The notes below the pieces were generated by a model. It did not search any database. It was not told the DNA's origin and saw only the letters and a program-made list of their open reading frames with translations. DNA of 64,000 nt. Source: an uncultured delta proteobacterium (GTDB taxonomy: Bacteria > Desulfobacterota > Binatia > UBA9968). This document shows, piece by piece, positions 63,292-64,000 of this stretch. The translations under genes and the position numbers were made by a program. The stretch is taken from NCBI GenBank assembly GCA_963760795.1, contig CAVXEP010000004.1, forward strand, positions 128,001 to 192,000. Direction: 5' to 3'. Numbering within the stretch: the first letter of the stretch is position 1; each line of letters starts with the position of its first letter.

Positions 63292-63984
63292 CTACGGCTT
63301 GACAAACTTCAGCACAAAGCGATCGCTTTTGTCGCGGATTTTGACCACGCTAAAATCCCGCGTGTCGTCGGCGCGGCTGAGCATTTTGCCTTCTTCGCCC
63401 AGTCGAAAGCCGACCGCGGTCGCTTCCTTGATCACCAGCAGCTTGTCCATGCGGTGCAATGTTTTCGCCTCGCTGTCGCCGGCGCCCTCTTTCGCCGAGT
63501 GATCGACGACGCCGTAACTGCCGCCGCGCTTCAGCGCGGCGAAGATCCGCGCGTTCATCGGGCGCCGGACATCGGCGGCGATCTCGTGGTAGTCGAGATG
63601 GAGCAAAACGAAATCGAGAGAACTATCCTGGGGCAGCGCGAGCTTGTCGAACGGTCCGTCGAGCACGCGCACGTTACCCATGCCGGGCTGTTTCAAGCGG
63701 TCGTGCAATTCCTGGCGCGGCGCGGAATTGGCCGAATAGACAATCCCTTCGGACCCGACCATCTGAGACAAGATCGCCGTGTAGTAACCACGGGCGGCGA
63801 AGATGTCGGCGACTCTCTGGCCGCGCTTCACACCGTAGAACGCCATCACCTCGTTCGGCTTGCGCACGGCATCGATGTTTCGTTCGGCTTCCGGACGATT
63901 GGTGTTGGTCAAAATCTCCGAGTAATTGGGCGCCGACATCGCGGCGCAACCCGCCAGCAAAACTCCGGTGAATGCCCAAGCCAT
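63292..63984 (-). CDS. Predicted lipoprotein SAM-dependent methyltransferase (start near window edge)
   Basis: LLAGC lipobox; D..RKP.EV..F.G...G..VAD.....GYYT..L, LK.GG...VVDH, DRFVLKF.KP. Confidence 0.8.
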   Translation of the reverse strand: MAWAFTGVLLAGCAAMSAPNYSEILTNTNRPEAERNIDAVRKPNEVMAFYGVKRGQRVADIFAARGYYTAILSQMVGSEGIVYSANSAPRQELHDRLKQPGMGNVRVLDGPFDKLALPQDSSLDFVLLHLDYHEIAADVRRPMNARIFAALKRGGSYGVVDHSAKEGAGDSEAKTLHRMDKLLVIKEATAVGFRLGEEGKMLSRADDTRDFSVVKIRDKSDRFVLKFVKP

Positions 63985-64000
63985 CTGATCTATCCATCGG

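Overview
GC-rich bacterial chromosomal window. The gene order and the many stand-alone solute-binding proteins suggest a deltaproteobacterial lineage such as Binatia; this is an inference. A minus-strand housekeeping backbone runs tilS-ftsH-folP-cdaA-cdaR-glmM-pdxJ-nnr ... tsaE-lysC-cimA-cysE-mnmA-mtaB-rnc. It is interrupted between nnr and tsaE by a ~27 kb accessory region. That region holds several toxin-antitoxin modules separated by TTGAAC/TGGAAC repeats, a DUF6602-like nuclease and a split STAND/NLR-like module (a TPR-like helical-repeat gene coupled to a TIR-NACHT gene with no sensor domain). It also holds an intact IS1182 with IRs and a 4-bp TSD, an orphan selenoprotein GrdB (UGA plus SECIS hairpin) with an atypical GrdE-like partner, and three copies of a ~200-260 bp non-coding element. 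An integrase remnant, an attC site with cassette-like genes and a 3.4-kb segment bounded by 71-bp inverted repeats complete it. Many genes, including core ones, carry single-base indels that look like long-read consensus errors. No rRNA, tRNA or CRISPR array was recognised. All product calls come from motif recognition by eye; no database search was run.
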